This document shows positions 52,931-64,000 of a stretch of 64,000 bases of DNA, piece by piece. The position numbers were made by a program, and so were the translations under genes. The DNA is taken from assembly GCA_047967505.1 (NCBI GenBank), contig CM106538.1. One strand, 5' to 3'. The notes under the pieces were generated by a model. That model ran no database searches. It saw nothing but the letters and a program-made list of their open reading frames with translations, and was not told the DNA's origin. Source of the stretch: Dipteris shenzhenensis. Taxonomy: Eukaryota. Every line of letters starts with the position of its first letter. Position 1 is the stretch's first letter.

Positions 52931-54525
52931 AGACAGACAACAATAAGGGACATTGTGGTTTGCTCAAGACACTATTGAGAAGTTATTTTGGCAATAGATA
53001 TTAAAAATTGCGATGAATTTATCTAGAATCTTTTTGTTTAATTAAGTAAAGCTTAAAATTTCCCACTCACATTAAATTGGAATTGATGCTACAAACCATG
53101 CAAAGTGAGCAAGAAGCTCAATAAGGTCTCATACATATTAGAATTCCCAAGTCTAGACCTATTGTATTCTATGATAGCTCAAAACTTTATTACAATCCAA
53201 GGAAAGGTAACTCACATTAAGTTTCAATTATGTTCTAGCATAGATCTGATTTTGACATGCAGCAGTATGGAATCCTTGAAACCAAAGACCATATCCAAAG
53301 TTGACCCTTTATAACTTTTTCATTAGAAGGAGTAAAGAATTTTACACATGGTTGAACCCTAAGCTGAACCATAGATGGGTTCAAACCTAAGCTAGGAGGG
53401 ACCTTGGCACACCAAATTTTATATCAATGTACCAACGCTTGATTAAGGGTACAACCCTAAAAATGTAGTGGTACCATGGCTCACCTGAAAGCCTCTACCC
53501 ATTAGGTCGTGTAGCCTAAGAGTAATTCCCCTTGATGTAGTCATCCTGGGAGGTTCTCACTGCCTAAAGATTGGTTGACTCACATTTGCTAGACCTTAGG
53601 CTGAGAGGCAATTGTGAGTCCATTAGCTATTTGCATAATGATCTAGTTGGCTGAATAAGGCTACTCGATCAGTCAGCTATGGTCTTGTTGTGTTTTATGC
53701 GTGATGTATGCTGGTGATTAGCGCACAGTTCGTCACTACCCCTTCAGATGGAGGACGGTTGGTTCATCCATATCAAGGCAGCTTTCGGGAGCTAGATGTT
53801 ACACCCTACTCTAAGATTCCTAAGCTTCTTTGCTTCAGTTTCCACATCCACCCCGTGCAGTCTAATGGCCAGTTCAATAGGGGTCTTCCTTTGTGAGTAG
53901 TATTTTTCTATCAAAGTCGCCAAAGATATCATCTTCGCAAGTCTTATTTTCCCCTGCTGTGTTTTTTACTTGCCCTCGTGTCATGTTTAGAATCGCGATT
54001 TGCTTATCCAAAGCTGGCTTTCACTTCAGTGAGAAATATTTTGAAGCTCCCCACTTCGGATTTTTATTCTTCCCTATATACTCGGAGCTGAAATTATAGA
54101 CATATCCGAAGTAATAGGATTAAATTACCAATTTGAGAGAGAAATGCATTCTTACTTGTGCAAAGATGAGAGAACCTATGGAACTGGGAAGTAATACCTC
54201 CATATTTGGCCATATCAGAGATTTTTGAGTCAATGTGAGGCATTCATATGAACATAGCATACTAAGGTGTAGTTGTCGCTTATCATAGAAAGAAGATTGA
54301 GCAACGCTAAGATCCAAGAGCTACCATAGCTTCCTCTGGCTGTACAATTAAAGTACAAAACTCTCAAGGATAAAATCCTCCACCAAAATATTTTGGATCT
54401 TTATTCATAAAACCTTTAAAGTTTGGAATGTCTCGGACAAATAAGTCATCTATGAATCTCCTGAACTGACATCTCTTGACCTGGAAATGAAGCATGCAGT
54501 AGACATCTTGTACAAGGGACATGAT

Positions 54526-57500
54526 CTACACTGCGTTGTGACAGCCGCTGCACACCATCAAATTTTTAGGCACAAGCAGTCTTTGCCCCTGATGTGTGTT
54601 AAGAAACCCAAAAGCTGTACCGAATTCCTCTGCATGCTCATATAACGTAGCTTCCTTCTCCTCATAAGACCTGGAATTTAATACCAGATCTATATTTGGC
54701 ACATGCCCATTCCCCTTCACATGCAATTTCAAGATATCTAGAATTGCCGAGATCTCCTTGCTTTGGTCGTTACCCACCACAAACTCATACACCTTGTTGT
54801 CCACCTCTATCAAAGCACTTGCGGGCTTCTTCTTGGCCCCTGCATGTTTCCTCAAATCCTCTATTCTATTTGCATCACTCCACCTGCCAGCACTTGTGTA
54901 GATGTTGGCCATAAGCATGTACGAGGCTGCAGATTTTGGGTTCATCAGAACAAGTTGTTGGAAGCATTTCAGCCCTAGTTCTGTTTTGCCATAAGTTTTG
55001 CAGGCACCGAGCAAAGTTGTCCACATTTCTTCAGATGGGGGACATTGGATAATGTCAAAATATCTATTTGCCTCATACAAACGACCTGATCGTGCAAGAA
55101 GATCGACCATGCAAGTATAATGATCTATCGTTGGCGCAATACCATATTCTTCTCTCATCACCTTGAAATACTCCTGGCCCTTTACTACCTGGTTGGTATG
55201 ACTGCATGCAGTAAAAAGACATGTGAATGTAATAGCATCTGGCTTCACACCCTGTCCTTGCATATCCTCAAAACACTGTATAGCCATATTACCCTCAGAG
55301 TTTATGCCATATCCTTTTATCATAGCATTCCATGCTGCAACATTTTGAGCTGGCAGCTTGTCGAATACTTCTTCTGCCTCCAAAAGTGAGCCACAATTGG
55401 CATACATGTCCACCAAAGCACTGCTGACAAAATTCTCTCTTTCAAATCCCTCTTGTGTGATAGCCATGTGTGTTTCTCGGCCCCTGTCTATGGCTCCTAT
55501 GCTGCCACAAGCTTTCAAGATGCAAACCAATGTGAAAGCATTAGGAGAGATACCCACCATTTGCATCTCCTCAAAACATTTTAAAGCTTCCTGGCCTGGT
55601 CCATGTTCAGCAAAACCTGCAATTAGTGCAGTCCATGACACAACATCCCGGACTGGGAGCTTATCAAAGACTTCCTGTGCCTCTGAAAGTGAGCCACATT
55701 TAGCATACATGTCGACCAAGCTGCTGCCCACAAAAACATTTGTTTCGAATATTCTTTGTGCTATCTCAGAATGTAATTCTCGTCCCTTCTCTATGGCTCC
55801 TATGCTGCCACAAGCTTTCACGACGCAAGCAAATGTGACATCACTTGGAGATAGAGACTCCAATTGCATCTGTTCAAAACATGTCAATGCTTCCTGACCA
55901 GGTCCATGTTCAGCATATCCTGCAATCAGTGTGCTCCATGAAACAATAGTTCGAGCTGGCAGCTTGTCAAATGATTCCCGTGCCTCTAAAAGCGAGCCAC
56001 ATTTGGCATACATGTCAACCAAAGTGTTGCCAACAATTACATGTCTCTCGAATCCCCTTTCTGCAATCTCAGCATGTATTGTTCGAACCTTGTCTATAGC
56101 CCCTATGCAACCGCAGGCTTTGAGGATGTGAATGTATGTGACATCACTTGCAGGTACACCCTCCAATTGCATTTGTTCATAACATTTTAGTGCTTCTTGA
56201 CTGCATCCATGTTCAGCATAACCTGCAATTAATGATGTCCATGAAACATCATCTTGAACTGGCAGCATGTCAAAGACTTCTACTGCCTCTAAAAGTGAGC
56301 CACATTTGGCATACATGTCCACCAAAGTGTTGCCCACAAAAATTTCTCTTTCGAAGCCCTTTTGTGCAATCTCAGCATGTATTTCTTGGCCCTTGCTTAT
56401 AGCTCCTACGCTGCCACAAGCTTTCAAGACACAAACCAAAGTGACGACACTAGGAGAGATGCCCTCCAGCTGCAACTTTTCAAAACATTTCAGTGCTTCC
56501 TGCTGGGGACCATGTTCAGCATATCCTGAGATGAGTGCCCCCCACGACACAACATTTCGAGCTGGCAGCTTGTCAAAAACTGCTTGGGCCACTGAAAGTG
56601 AGCCACATTTGGCATACATGTCAACCAAACTACTGCCAACAAAAAGATCTCTTTCAAATCCTTTTTGTATGATCATGGAGTGTATTTCTTGCCCCTTGTC
56701 TAGGGCTTCTTTGCTGCCACAAGCTCTCAAGATGCAGACCAAGGTGACAGCATTGGGAAAGACACCTTCCAACTGCATCTGCTCGAAACCTGTCAGCGCC
56801 TCCTGACCAGGCCCATGTTCAGCATATCCAGCAATAAGTGCAGTCCACGAAACAACCGTTCGAATTGGTAGCTTGTCGAAGACTTCCTGTGCCTCTGAGA
56901 GTGAGCCACATTTGGCGTACATGTCAACCAAAGTGTTGCTGATAAAAATATCACTTTCAAATCCCTTTTGCATGATCTCAGCATGCATTTCCCGACCTTT
57001 GCCTATAGCCATTATGCTGCCACAAGCTTTCAAAGCACAAACAAACGTGAAAGCATTTGGAGAGATGCCCTCCAGCTGCATCTGTTCCATGCATTGTAGC
57101 GCTTCCTGACCAAATCCATGTTCCACATGACCGGAAATGAGCATGGTCCATGACACAACATTCCGAACTGGCAGTTTGTCAAACACTTCCCATGCCTCTG
57201 CAAGAGAGCCACTTTTGGTATACATGTCGACTAGAGCACTGCCAAGAAAAATGTCTTTGTCCCATCCCTTATGTGCAATCTCACAATGAGCCTCTTGGCC
57301 TCTTTTTACGTCTTTAAGCCTAGCACAAGCTTTTAGTAGGGCCATAAGTGTATATCTACTCGGACTTACACTATCCTCTTGCATTTTCTGGTAGAGTTTG
57401 AGAGCATGCTGCGTTAACCCACATTGGATATACCCTGCTATGAGAGAAGTCCATGAATGATCATTCCGATGAACCAATCTGTTGAAAACCTGCTGAGCAC

Positions 57501-57738
57501 CGAAGACACTCCCGCATTCGACAAACATTGGCACAAGGCAGTTTCCGATAATTCTGTGAGCTTCCAGGCCATTATTGGAAACGTGTGCGTGCAACCGCTT
57601 GCCATACGATGGGGTCTTTCCGACCCTGCATTTATGCAAGGTGTTGATGAAATTATCAACCGAGGGAAGCTCAGCTAGCCGGTCCAGAAAACAAAATGCG
57701 TCATGTAAGCCCAGCATCATCAAGTCACTGCCCTCCAA
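54526..57738 (-). CDS. PLS-class pentatricopeptide repeat protein with E1/E2 and a truncated DYW:KP-type deaminase-like domain (organellar RNA-editing factor family)
   Basis: 1070-aa intronless ORF. Seven P1-L1-S1 triplets (~101 aa, 303 nt) plus P2-L2-S2, E1 (MWTTLLGAC) and E2 (SYMLMANIY), then KKKPASALIEV, HAEE and KNLMVCSGCH. The ORF track starts at a TTG; the first ATG is at 57720. Confidence 0.95.
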   Translation of the reverse strand: MEGSDLMMLGLHDAFCFLDRLAELPSVDNFINTLHKCRVGKTPSYGKRLHAHVSNNGLEAHRIIGNCLVPMFVECGSVFGAQQVFNRLVHRNDHSWTSLIAGYIQCGLTQHALKLYQKMQEDSVSPSRYTLMALLKACARLKDVKRGQEAHCEIAHKGWDKDIFLGSALVDMYTKSGSLAEAWEVFDKLPVRNVVSWTMLISGHVEHGFGQEALQCMEQMQLEGISPNAFTFVCALKACGSIMAIGKGREMHAEIMQKGFESDIFISNTLVDMYAKCGSLSEAQEVFDKLPIRTVVSWTALIAGYAEHGPGQEALTGFEQMQLEGVFPNAVTLVCILRACGSKEALDKGQEIHSMIIQKGFERDLFVGSSLVDMYAKCGSLSVAQAVFDKLPARNVVSWGALISGYAEHGPQQEALKCFEKLQLEGISPSVVTLVCVLKACGSVGAISKGQEIHAEIAQKGFEREIFVGNTLVDMYAKCGSLLEAVEVFDMLPVQDDVSWTSLIAGYAEHGCSQEALKCYEQMQLEGVPASDVTYIHILKACGCIGAIDKVRTIHAEIAERGFERHVIVGNTLVDMYAKCGSLLEARESFDKLPARTIVSWSTLIAGYAEHGPGQEALTCFEQMQLESLSPSDVTFACVVKACGSIGAIEKGRELHSEIAQRIFETNVFVGSSLVDMYAKCGSLSEAQEVFDKLPVRDVVSWTALIAGFAEHGPGQEALKCFEEMQMVGISPNAFTLVCILKACGSIGAIDRGRETHMAITQEGFERENFVSSALVDMYANCGSLLEAEEVFDKLPAQNVAAWNAMIKGYGINSEGNMAIQCFEDMQGQGVKPDAITFTCLFTACSHTNQVVKGQEYFKVMREEYGIAPTIDHYTCMVDLLARSGRLYEANRYFDIIQCPPSEEMWTTLLGACKTYGKTELGLKCFQQLVLMNPKSAASYMLMANIYTSAGRWSDANRIEDLRKHAGAKKKPASALIEVDNKVYEFVVGNDQSKEISAILDILKLHVKGNGHVPNIDLVLNSRSYEEKEATLYEHAEEFGTAFGFLNTHQGQRLLVPKNLMVCSGCHNAV

Positions 57739-58389
57739 CGGTTGTACTCCAGACCTAAAGCTGTCGTGCCATACGTAGCTGAACAGGGTTCAGCTCATCC
57801 ACCAAGCCAGTCTCCAGAGCTTGAGCACGCCTGCTCTTGCTTTGCATGCCAAAGCAGCTGCTTTTCCCCGGTCAATTCCCTGGCTTCCCCCGTTTTGAGC
57901 CTCCTTTTTCTCCATATCTTCAAACCAACGTTTTCAACCTTTGGATTGGTCTGTTAAAACTCGCTTACACTTAGGCTATTGAATTTCATAGATTCAACTG
58001 CGCAAAACATTAGTAATGGACAGGATAATCACTCACTTTATTCTTCATGAAGTGCTCCTTCCGTGAGCTTTCTCTCCGTAAACTTAGCTCCGTATCTGCA
58101 AGCAGGAACACAATATAAAACACTAGTTCAGTGCTCGTATAAAATGAAAGAGGCTGTCCCAGGTGTAGCAAACCTGAAGACCGCACGACTTGATGGTTTT
58201 GCGGCCAACCCGGGGTGTGGAGTTCACAAGCCTCGCGTACAAGCGGCCTATTGCTCCATTCCCTTTCCGTAATTGAATTCAGCTTTGCCTGCGGCCACGG
58301 AAATGCGGTAGCAAGCTGACATTCGTATACATATATATATATTCTCCTCTAGGCCAGTCCCTCATGGCCAAACTGGTTACAAACGTAGT

Positions 58390-58890
58390 CATAGCTTATT
58401 TGCTTACAAAATTCACTTCCTCGTCACGACCACTACATACTTGACCTTGTTAAAAGAGGTGATCTCCACGTCCAATATCTTTCTACCAATGACATGTTGG
58501 CTGATCTCTTCACAAGGCCATTACCCCGGCCTCGTTTCCAATTGTTATGCTTCTCTCTCGGTGTTCAATCTTGTTCTATCCACATAAACAAATCAAGTCT
58601 ACCACGTTTTGTCATTTGCTGACAAACCGTGTCGTGCTTGAAGGGGGGTTTGTTGGATCAACCACGACTCGACCTCGTGTATGGCACTTACTACCTCCCA
58701 CTTGCACGGATCAAGCAATCATTGCATCTCACATGCACCGACGAACACATAGTTAGCCAGATTGATCCTCAATCATAGCCGATGATTGAGGATACTCTCA
58801 TTGTATAAAACGAGCTACTCTGATAATAATGAAAGTACTGATTGATTCGTGTATTTGTTCTTGTGTTCATCTATATTTATACTATTTCTT
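58390..58890 (+). mobile_element. 3' end of a Copia element: RNase H C-terminus, PPT, 3' LTR
   Basis: DHYILDLVKRGDLHVQYLSTNDMLADLFTRPLPRPRFQLL; GAAGGGGGG PPT, then TGTTGG at 58651. LTR end is uncertain. Confidence 0.75.
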
Positions 58891-59661
58891 AAGGAGACAA
58901 ATACCAGTGCAATTGACGTGGCACGAATTTGGAGGCTTCGGGATGAATTTTAGAGCTTCAGGGGAGGAGGAGGGAGGTTTGGGAAGAGAGGAGGAGGTTC
59001 GGGAATCCAAGGTGTGGAAAGGGCCACAATCGTTGATCTTGGAAGATCCAACAGTTCCCATTCTGTGTCTGAAGGCCGGGTTTGGGCCATTAGATCAATC
59101 TAGATCTAATGGCTATGGTTGACTGTAGACTCTCCATAAGAGACATGTGGCACAAATCGACTCTTCGGGATGGCGCGATATCAACACATGGTAGGGCGCA
59201 GTCACATCGATGTGACAGGAGTAAATGCATAGTCAATGGTAGTAAATGCACAGTGACAGTGGTGTGCGACGGGTGTGACAGCTAGCGCGGGGTCGCCACG
59301 TCGCGAATGCGAAAGTCCTAGCAGAATCATGGGGTGGAGTAAATGCTGTGGTAAGTCAAGGGTGTGACACATGTCAGTCAATGAGCAAAAGAGCCGCAAG
59401 CCCCACACGCACTGAAGAAGTAACACCTCTGACGATCGTTGACGGGACTCAAGGTCTAGCTCTAATCGCATATTGACACGTTGACACGCTTTGTCATGCA
59501 CGCTGTCGACACGTCGAGACATTGTTGCCATGGGGCAGAATGTACGTAGAGTCCAAAATCGCAGAGGCTCCACGTAGCAAGATTTGTAGAGTCCAGAGTC
59601 ACGAGACCGCCATGTGTCATCGCGCACCACGAGACCTATTGACACGTCGGAGACAGAGTAG

Positions 59662-59697
<36 letters not shown>

Positions 59698-59730
59698 GGG
59701 GGACAGAGAGAGAAAGAGAGAGAGCACGGG

Positions 59731-59796
<66 letters not shown>

Positions 59797-59809
59797 AGAA
59801 GAAGAAGAA

Positions 59810-60330
59810 GAAGAAGAGTCTTTTTACGTTGTAGGAGCAATCCCAAGGAGCCAGTCTGACTCATCCGACGCAATCCCGGGGGATCGAACACAACACACCC
59901 AACGACAAGAACCAGAGCCTTAACCACCAAGACCCACGCGGGTTTTACAAAACTTGGTGGGGAAGGATGGCTTATACACCAGGAAGAAGAGTCTTTTTAC
60001 GTCGTAGGAGCAATCCCAAGGAGCCAGTCTGACTCATCCGACGCGATCCTGGGGGATCGAACACAACACACCCAACGACAAGAACCAGAGCCTTAACCAC
60101 CAAGACCCACGCGGGTTTTACAAAACTTGGTGGGAAAGGATGGCTTATACACCAGGAAGAAGAGTCTTTTTACGTCGTAGGAGCAATCCCAAGGAGCCAG
60201 TCTGACTCATCCGACGCGATCCCGGGGGATCGAACACAACACACCCAACGACAAGAACCAGAGCCTTAACCACCAAGACCCACGCGGGTTTTACAAAACT
60301 TGGTGGAGAAGGATGGCTTATACACCAGGA

Positions 60331-60335
<5 letters not shown>
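59810..60335 (-). repeat. Three near-identical 173-bp tandem units, each with a tRNA-like (SINE-head-like) A/B-box segment
   Basis: TTTTTACG at 59821, 59994 and 60167. The minus strand reads GGTCTTGGTGGTTAAGGC...GTGTTCGATCCC. Confidence 0.85.
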
Positions 60336-60820
<485 letters not shown>

Positions 60821-61984
60821 CCCTTTTTATTTAATTTTTATTTCTTTACGGGATATAAGGGGAGAGTGTGTTTCCTGACAATGATATGGCAATGGCGATG
60901 CTAGAAAGGCAAATGCAAAAGTTTGTAATAAAAGAGATCATTGCTACTCACCTTTGAGAAATAATTATAACGATGAGGGTAAATAGGTCCACATATCCAC
61001 GTTGCAAGTTGCTCTAACCAGATTCTCAAAGAGAGAAGTCAAATTGGATGTGCAATCATCAAAGATTTAGGGGATTGCAATGGAAAATATATAGAAAGAG
61101 CAAGGGTGGTTTCTCCTACTCTAGCATAAAAATAAATATCAAAGAAGAGCATGAGGGAAGTAGATGGTATAAAGATAAGTACGTAGGGAGAAAGTATGTA
61201 ATGCACAATTAGATCATAGTAATGTGTGAGCCACAAATGGGTAAGGCTCACATAGAGTTGACGCATGTACGTCATGAATGGATAAGTTTTGATACATATA
61301 AGCATGTGTGCAAGCACACACATATACATATGTAAGCACATGTACACACAATTAGACACAAAGGCACATTGATATCACCTGCATATAACATTACACATGC
61401 ACATGCTCAAATGTTTGTACACAAGCATGTGCACATGTGTGTGTGTGTGTGTGTGTGTGTGAGAGCATGTAGAGGTGTTTTAATGTACGTATGCATACAT
61501 ATGTAAAAGTGTGCCTGCATGTGTATCTTGCTTCTCTAGGCATGTGTGAGTGTGTTTCTATGTGATTTGGAGGGCTTAAAAAGCTCTCTTATTCTTTTCC
61601 TTGCTCAATTTCTAGAAAGCAAAAGGAGGAACATCCATCGAAGCTCAACCATGTTTAGTTAAACATATCAAATCTTTGTAGGTCTCCCTTCCATCATCCC
61701 TTTGACTTTCCCCCGTGAACTCCTTCCTATGATCTCTTGCTTGCCTTGCCCACACAGTAGAGCTCATGTAGCCTTTTTCCTATTTTCCTACTTAAGGATC
61801 TCAAAATAGGTGACAAAAGGCACAGCATGCCATGCACAAGGGCATTAATTGGGTTGGCTACTGAAACGATTTTGTTGTCCTGTCCTATATAAGATACAAT
61901 GACAAGGTATTGATTAGGAGAATCTTTCTCCAATTCTATGACATGGAGTGGTATCCAAAAGAAAAATTATTAGAATACATCAAC

Positions 61985-62660
61985 AAGGACTATTGTTGCT
62001 TTCATCACATTTATATCGCAATATGTATAAAGAGAGATTCCCACTTTGAGATAAAAGTGGAAGATTTGAAGGTAAATGCAATGTGCAAAGAAAAGCATTT
62101 GAAACATAAGCAAGACATTGCAAATCTTAGTATCATCCAAAAAATAGCTCTCCTGTTAGGAGCCTATTCCTAATTAGAATGAAGTGTATTCAAAATTGAT
62201 TTGTCAAGGTGATGCTTTTGAGGAGGACCGACATGGAACACTTAAAACTTCAGAGTAGGATTGTTAGGTTATTGGAGAAGATCCTCTAAAAATGTGAGAT
62301 TTGTAGACAATAAGTGTTCAAGGACTGATGTTGCTTCTGTCACATCTATATCACAATATGTGGAAAGAGAGATTCTCACTTCGAGATAGAAGTGGAAGAT
62401 TTGAAGGTCAATGCAATGTGCAAAGAGAAGAATTTGAAACATAAGCAAGACATTGCAAATCTTAGTATCATCCAGCAAACAACTTTCCTCTTAGGAGGCT
62501 ATTTCTAATTAGAATGAAGTGCATTCAAAATTGATCCGTCAAGGTGAAGCCTCCGAGGAGGAGCTACATGCAACACTTAAGACTTCGGAGTAGGATTGTT
62601 AGGTATATTGGATAAGATCCTAAGAAAATATGAGATTTCTGGACAGTAAGTGTTGAAAGG
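61985..62660. repeat. 335-bp diverged tandem duplication
   Basis: AAGGACT at 61985 and 62320, followed by colinear blocks such as TTTGAAACATAAGCAAGACATTGCAAATCTTAGTATCATCCA. Confidence 0.9.
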
Positions 62661-62889
62661 TACTCAGACCCCACGTTGAAAGGTATTTAGAAATCACTTA
62701 GAACGAGACAACTACAAGGTATGAGAGCACCTCAATTTCTAATTTACCATCTCAGATAAAAAATACCAATTGGAACTTCAAAATAATGGTTAATGATTCA
62801 GAATTTGCACTTGCAAGCTTGAACAAACCTACTAATAATTTCAAGTCACCTTTGAATGAAGAATCGTCCCAAATTCCCATCTAACTTCA

Positions 62890-62905
62890 AACACACACAC
62901 ACATA

Positions 62906-62936
<31 letters not shown>

Positions 62937-62940
62937 TTGA

Positions 62941-63026
<86 letters not shown>

Positions 63027-63046
63027 CACACACACACACACACACT
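62890..63046. repeat. (CA)n-(TG)n-(CA)n microsatellite
   Basis: Directly visible. Confidence 0.95.
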
Positions 63047-64000
63047 CTTATTCCTAACCTAATTAGCACACACATTCGGTTATGGGAGTAAGTGTGTAAT
63101 GCCTTTTCCTTATGAGTCCTCACTATTTTGCCATGGTAAATTCCCTATACAACTATTGGTGGCATACTTTCCTATATGTTGATTCCAGGGGTCTCCTCCA
63201 ATCTAGGCTTGTCATCCCTATATATGTCATAATAAGTCATCAAATAGGTGACATACAATATCTGTGGATGACACACTTTCCTTCCGCATGATATGCTTTC
63301 CTTCCTATGAATTTTGACATCAATGAGCCTTCTTAGTCACGGCTATTGTCCTTGAAATTAGCTAATTATGTAAGAGAACTATGCTAACGTAATACCTTTG
63401 GCTACCTAAATTTACCCCTCATGTAAGCTAGTCCTCTCATGAAAGAGACCTTTTGAAAGGGACCTCTTTGTTACTCTACTCTAACTTATGGCTTGTCATT
63501 ACTTGACTGTGGGAAAAGGTTGGACCTTTAACTATAAGTAATCCTCTCGATAAGTGATTAATCCTCTCTTGACTTCAATTTCCTTGTTATCACTTAGCAA
63601 ACTGCGTCCCTTGGTACCAATTTATGATATGTCCTTTTGTTGTGTTTCCTTTAGAGTATGGGGAACTCTTAATCCCTTGGTAGGAGATTCTCTCTGAAGG
63701 ATTGGATGTACCTTGGTATATTGGCATGGAGCCAAAAGGCCATTCAGTTTTTTTGTACTTTCTAAAAGTTGAGGGCCAAAAGACCATTAATGTATGTACA
63801 CTCTTGTGTACCTTGGAGCCATCCCTCCTTTTTAAAGAAAGAGGTACATGGTAAATCAAAGCATAATGCCAAAAGGCTTAAAGGGTTGTCCTTTAAATAA
63901 TCTGCATTCTTTCATTGCAAGATAAGCTAGCTAGAGGCGCATTCTTCTTTCATCTTCGAATCCTCATTCATTAATAGCCTACTTTGGTAGGTTAATTAGG

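Noticed and set aside
55358-57109. Repeating plus-strand ORFs (SEPHLAYMSTK...)
   Set aside because: Antisense shadows of the PPR repeats.
63050-64000. Possible retroelement remnant on the minus strand
   Set aside because: Too degraded to identify diagnostic motifs.

Overview
Eukaryotic nuclear DNA from a TE-rich land-plant genome. The host is most likely a fern or another seed-free plant, judged from a KP-type DYW PPR gene. There are two host genes, both on the minus strand: the 5' part of a spliced Sen1/UPF1-like SF1 helicase gene at the left edge, and an intronless PLS-class PPR gene with a C-terminally truncated DYW:KP domain (54526-57738). Between them lies ~50 kb of nested, decayed transposons. 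These include Gypsy and Copia remnants, a solo LTR with TSD, an intact non-autonomous LTR element with TSD, a Copia with an internal inversion bounded by an 11-bp inverted repeat, and a Helitron Rep remnant of the DUF6570/Helentron-like type. The most unexpected feature is a decayed, intron-containing gene (~14040-15800) whose translation has the motif order of a prokaryotic-type beta-class DNA amino-(N6A/N4C)-methyltransferase. It is fused to an unknown N-terminal domain and is probably transposon-borne. All calls come from reading the sequence by eye; no database searches were run, and many TE boundaries are approximate.
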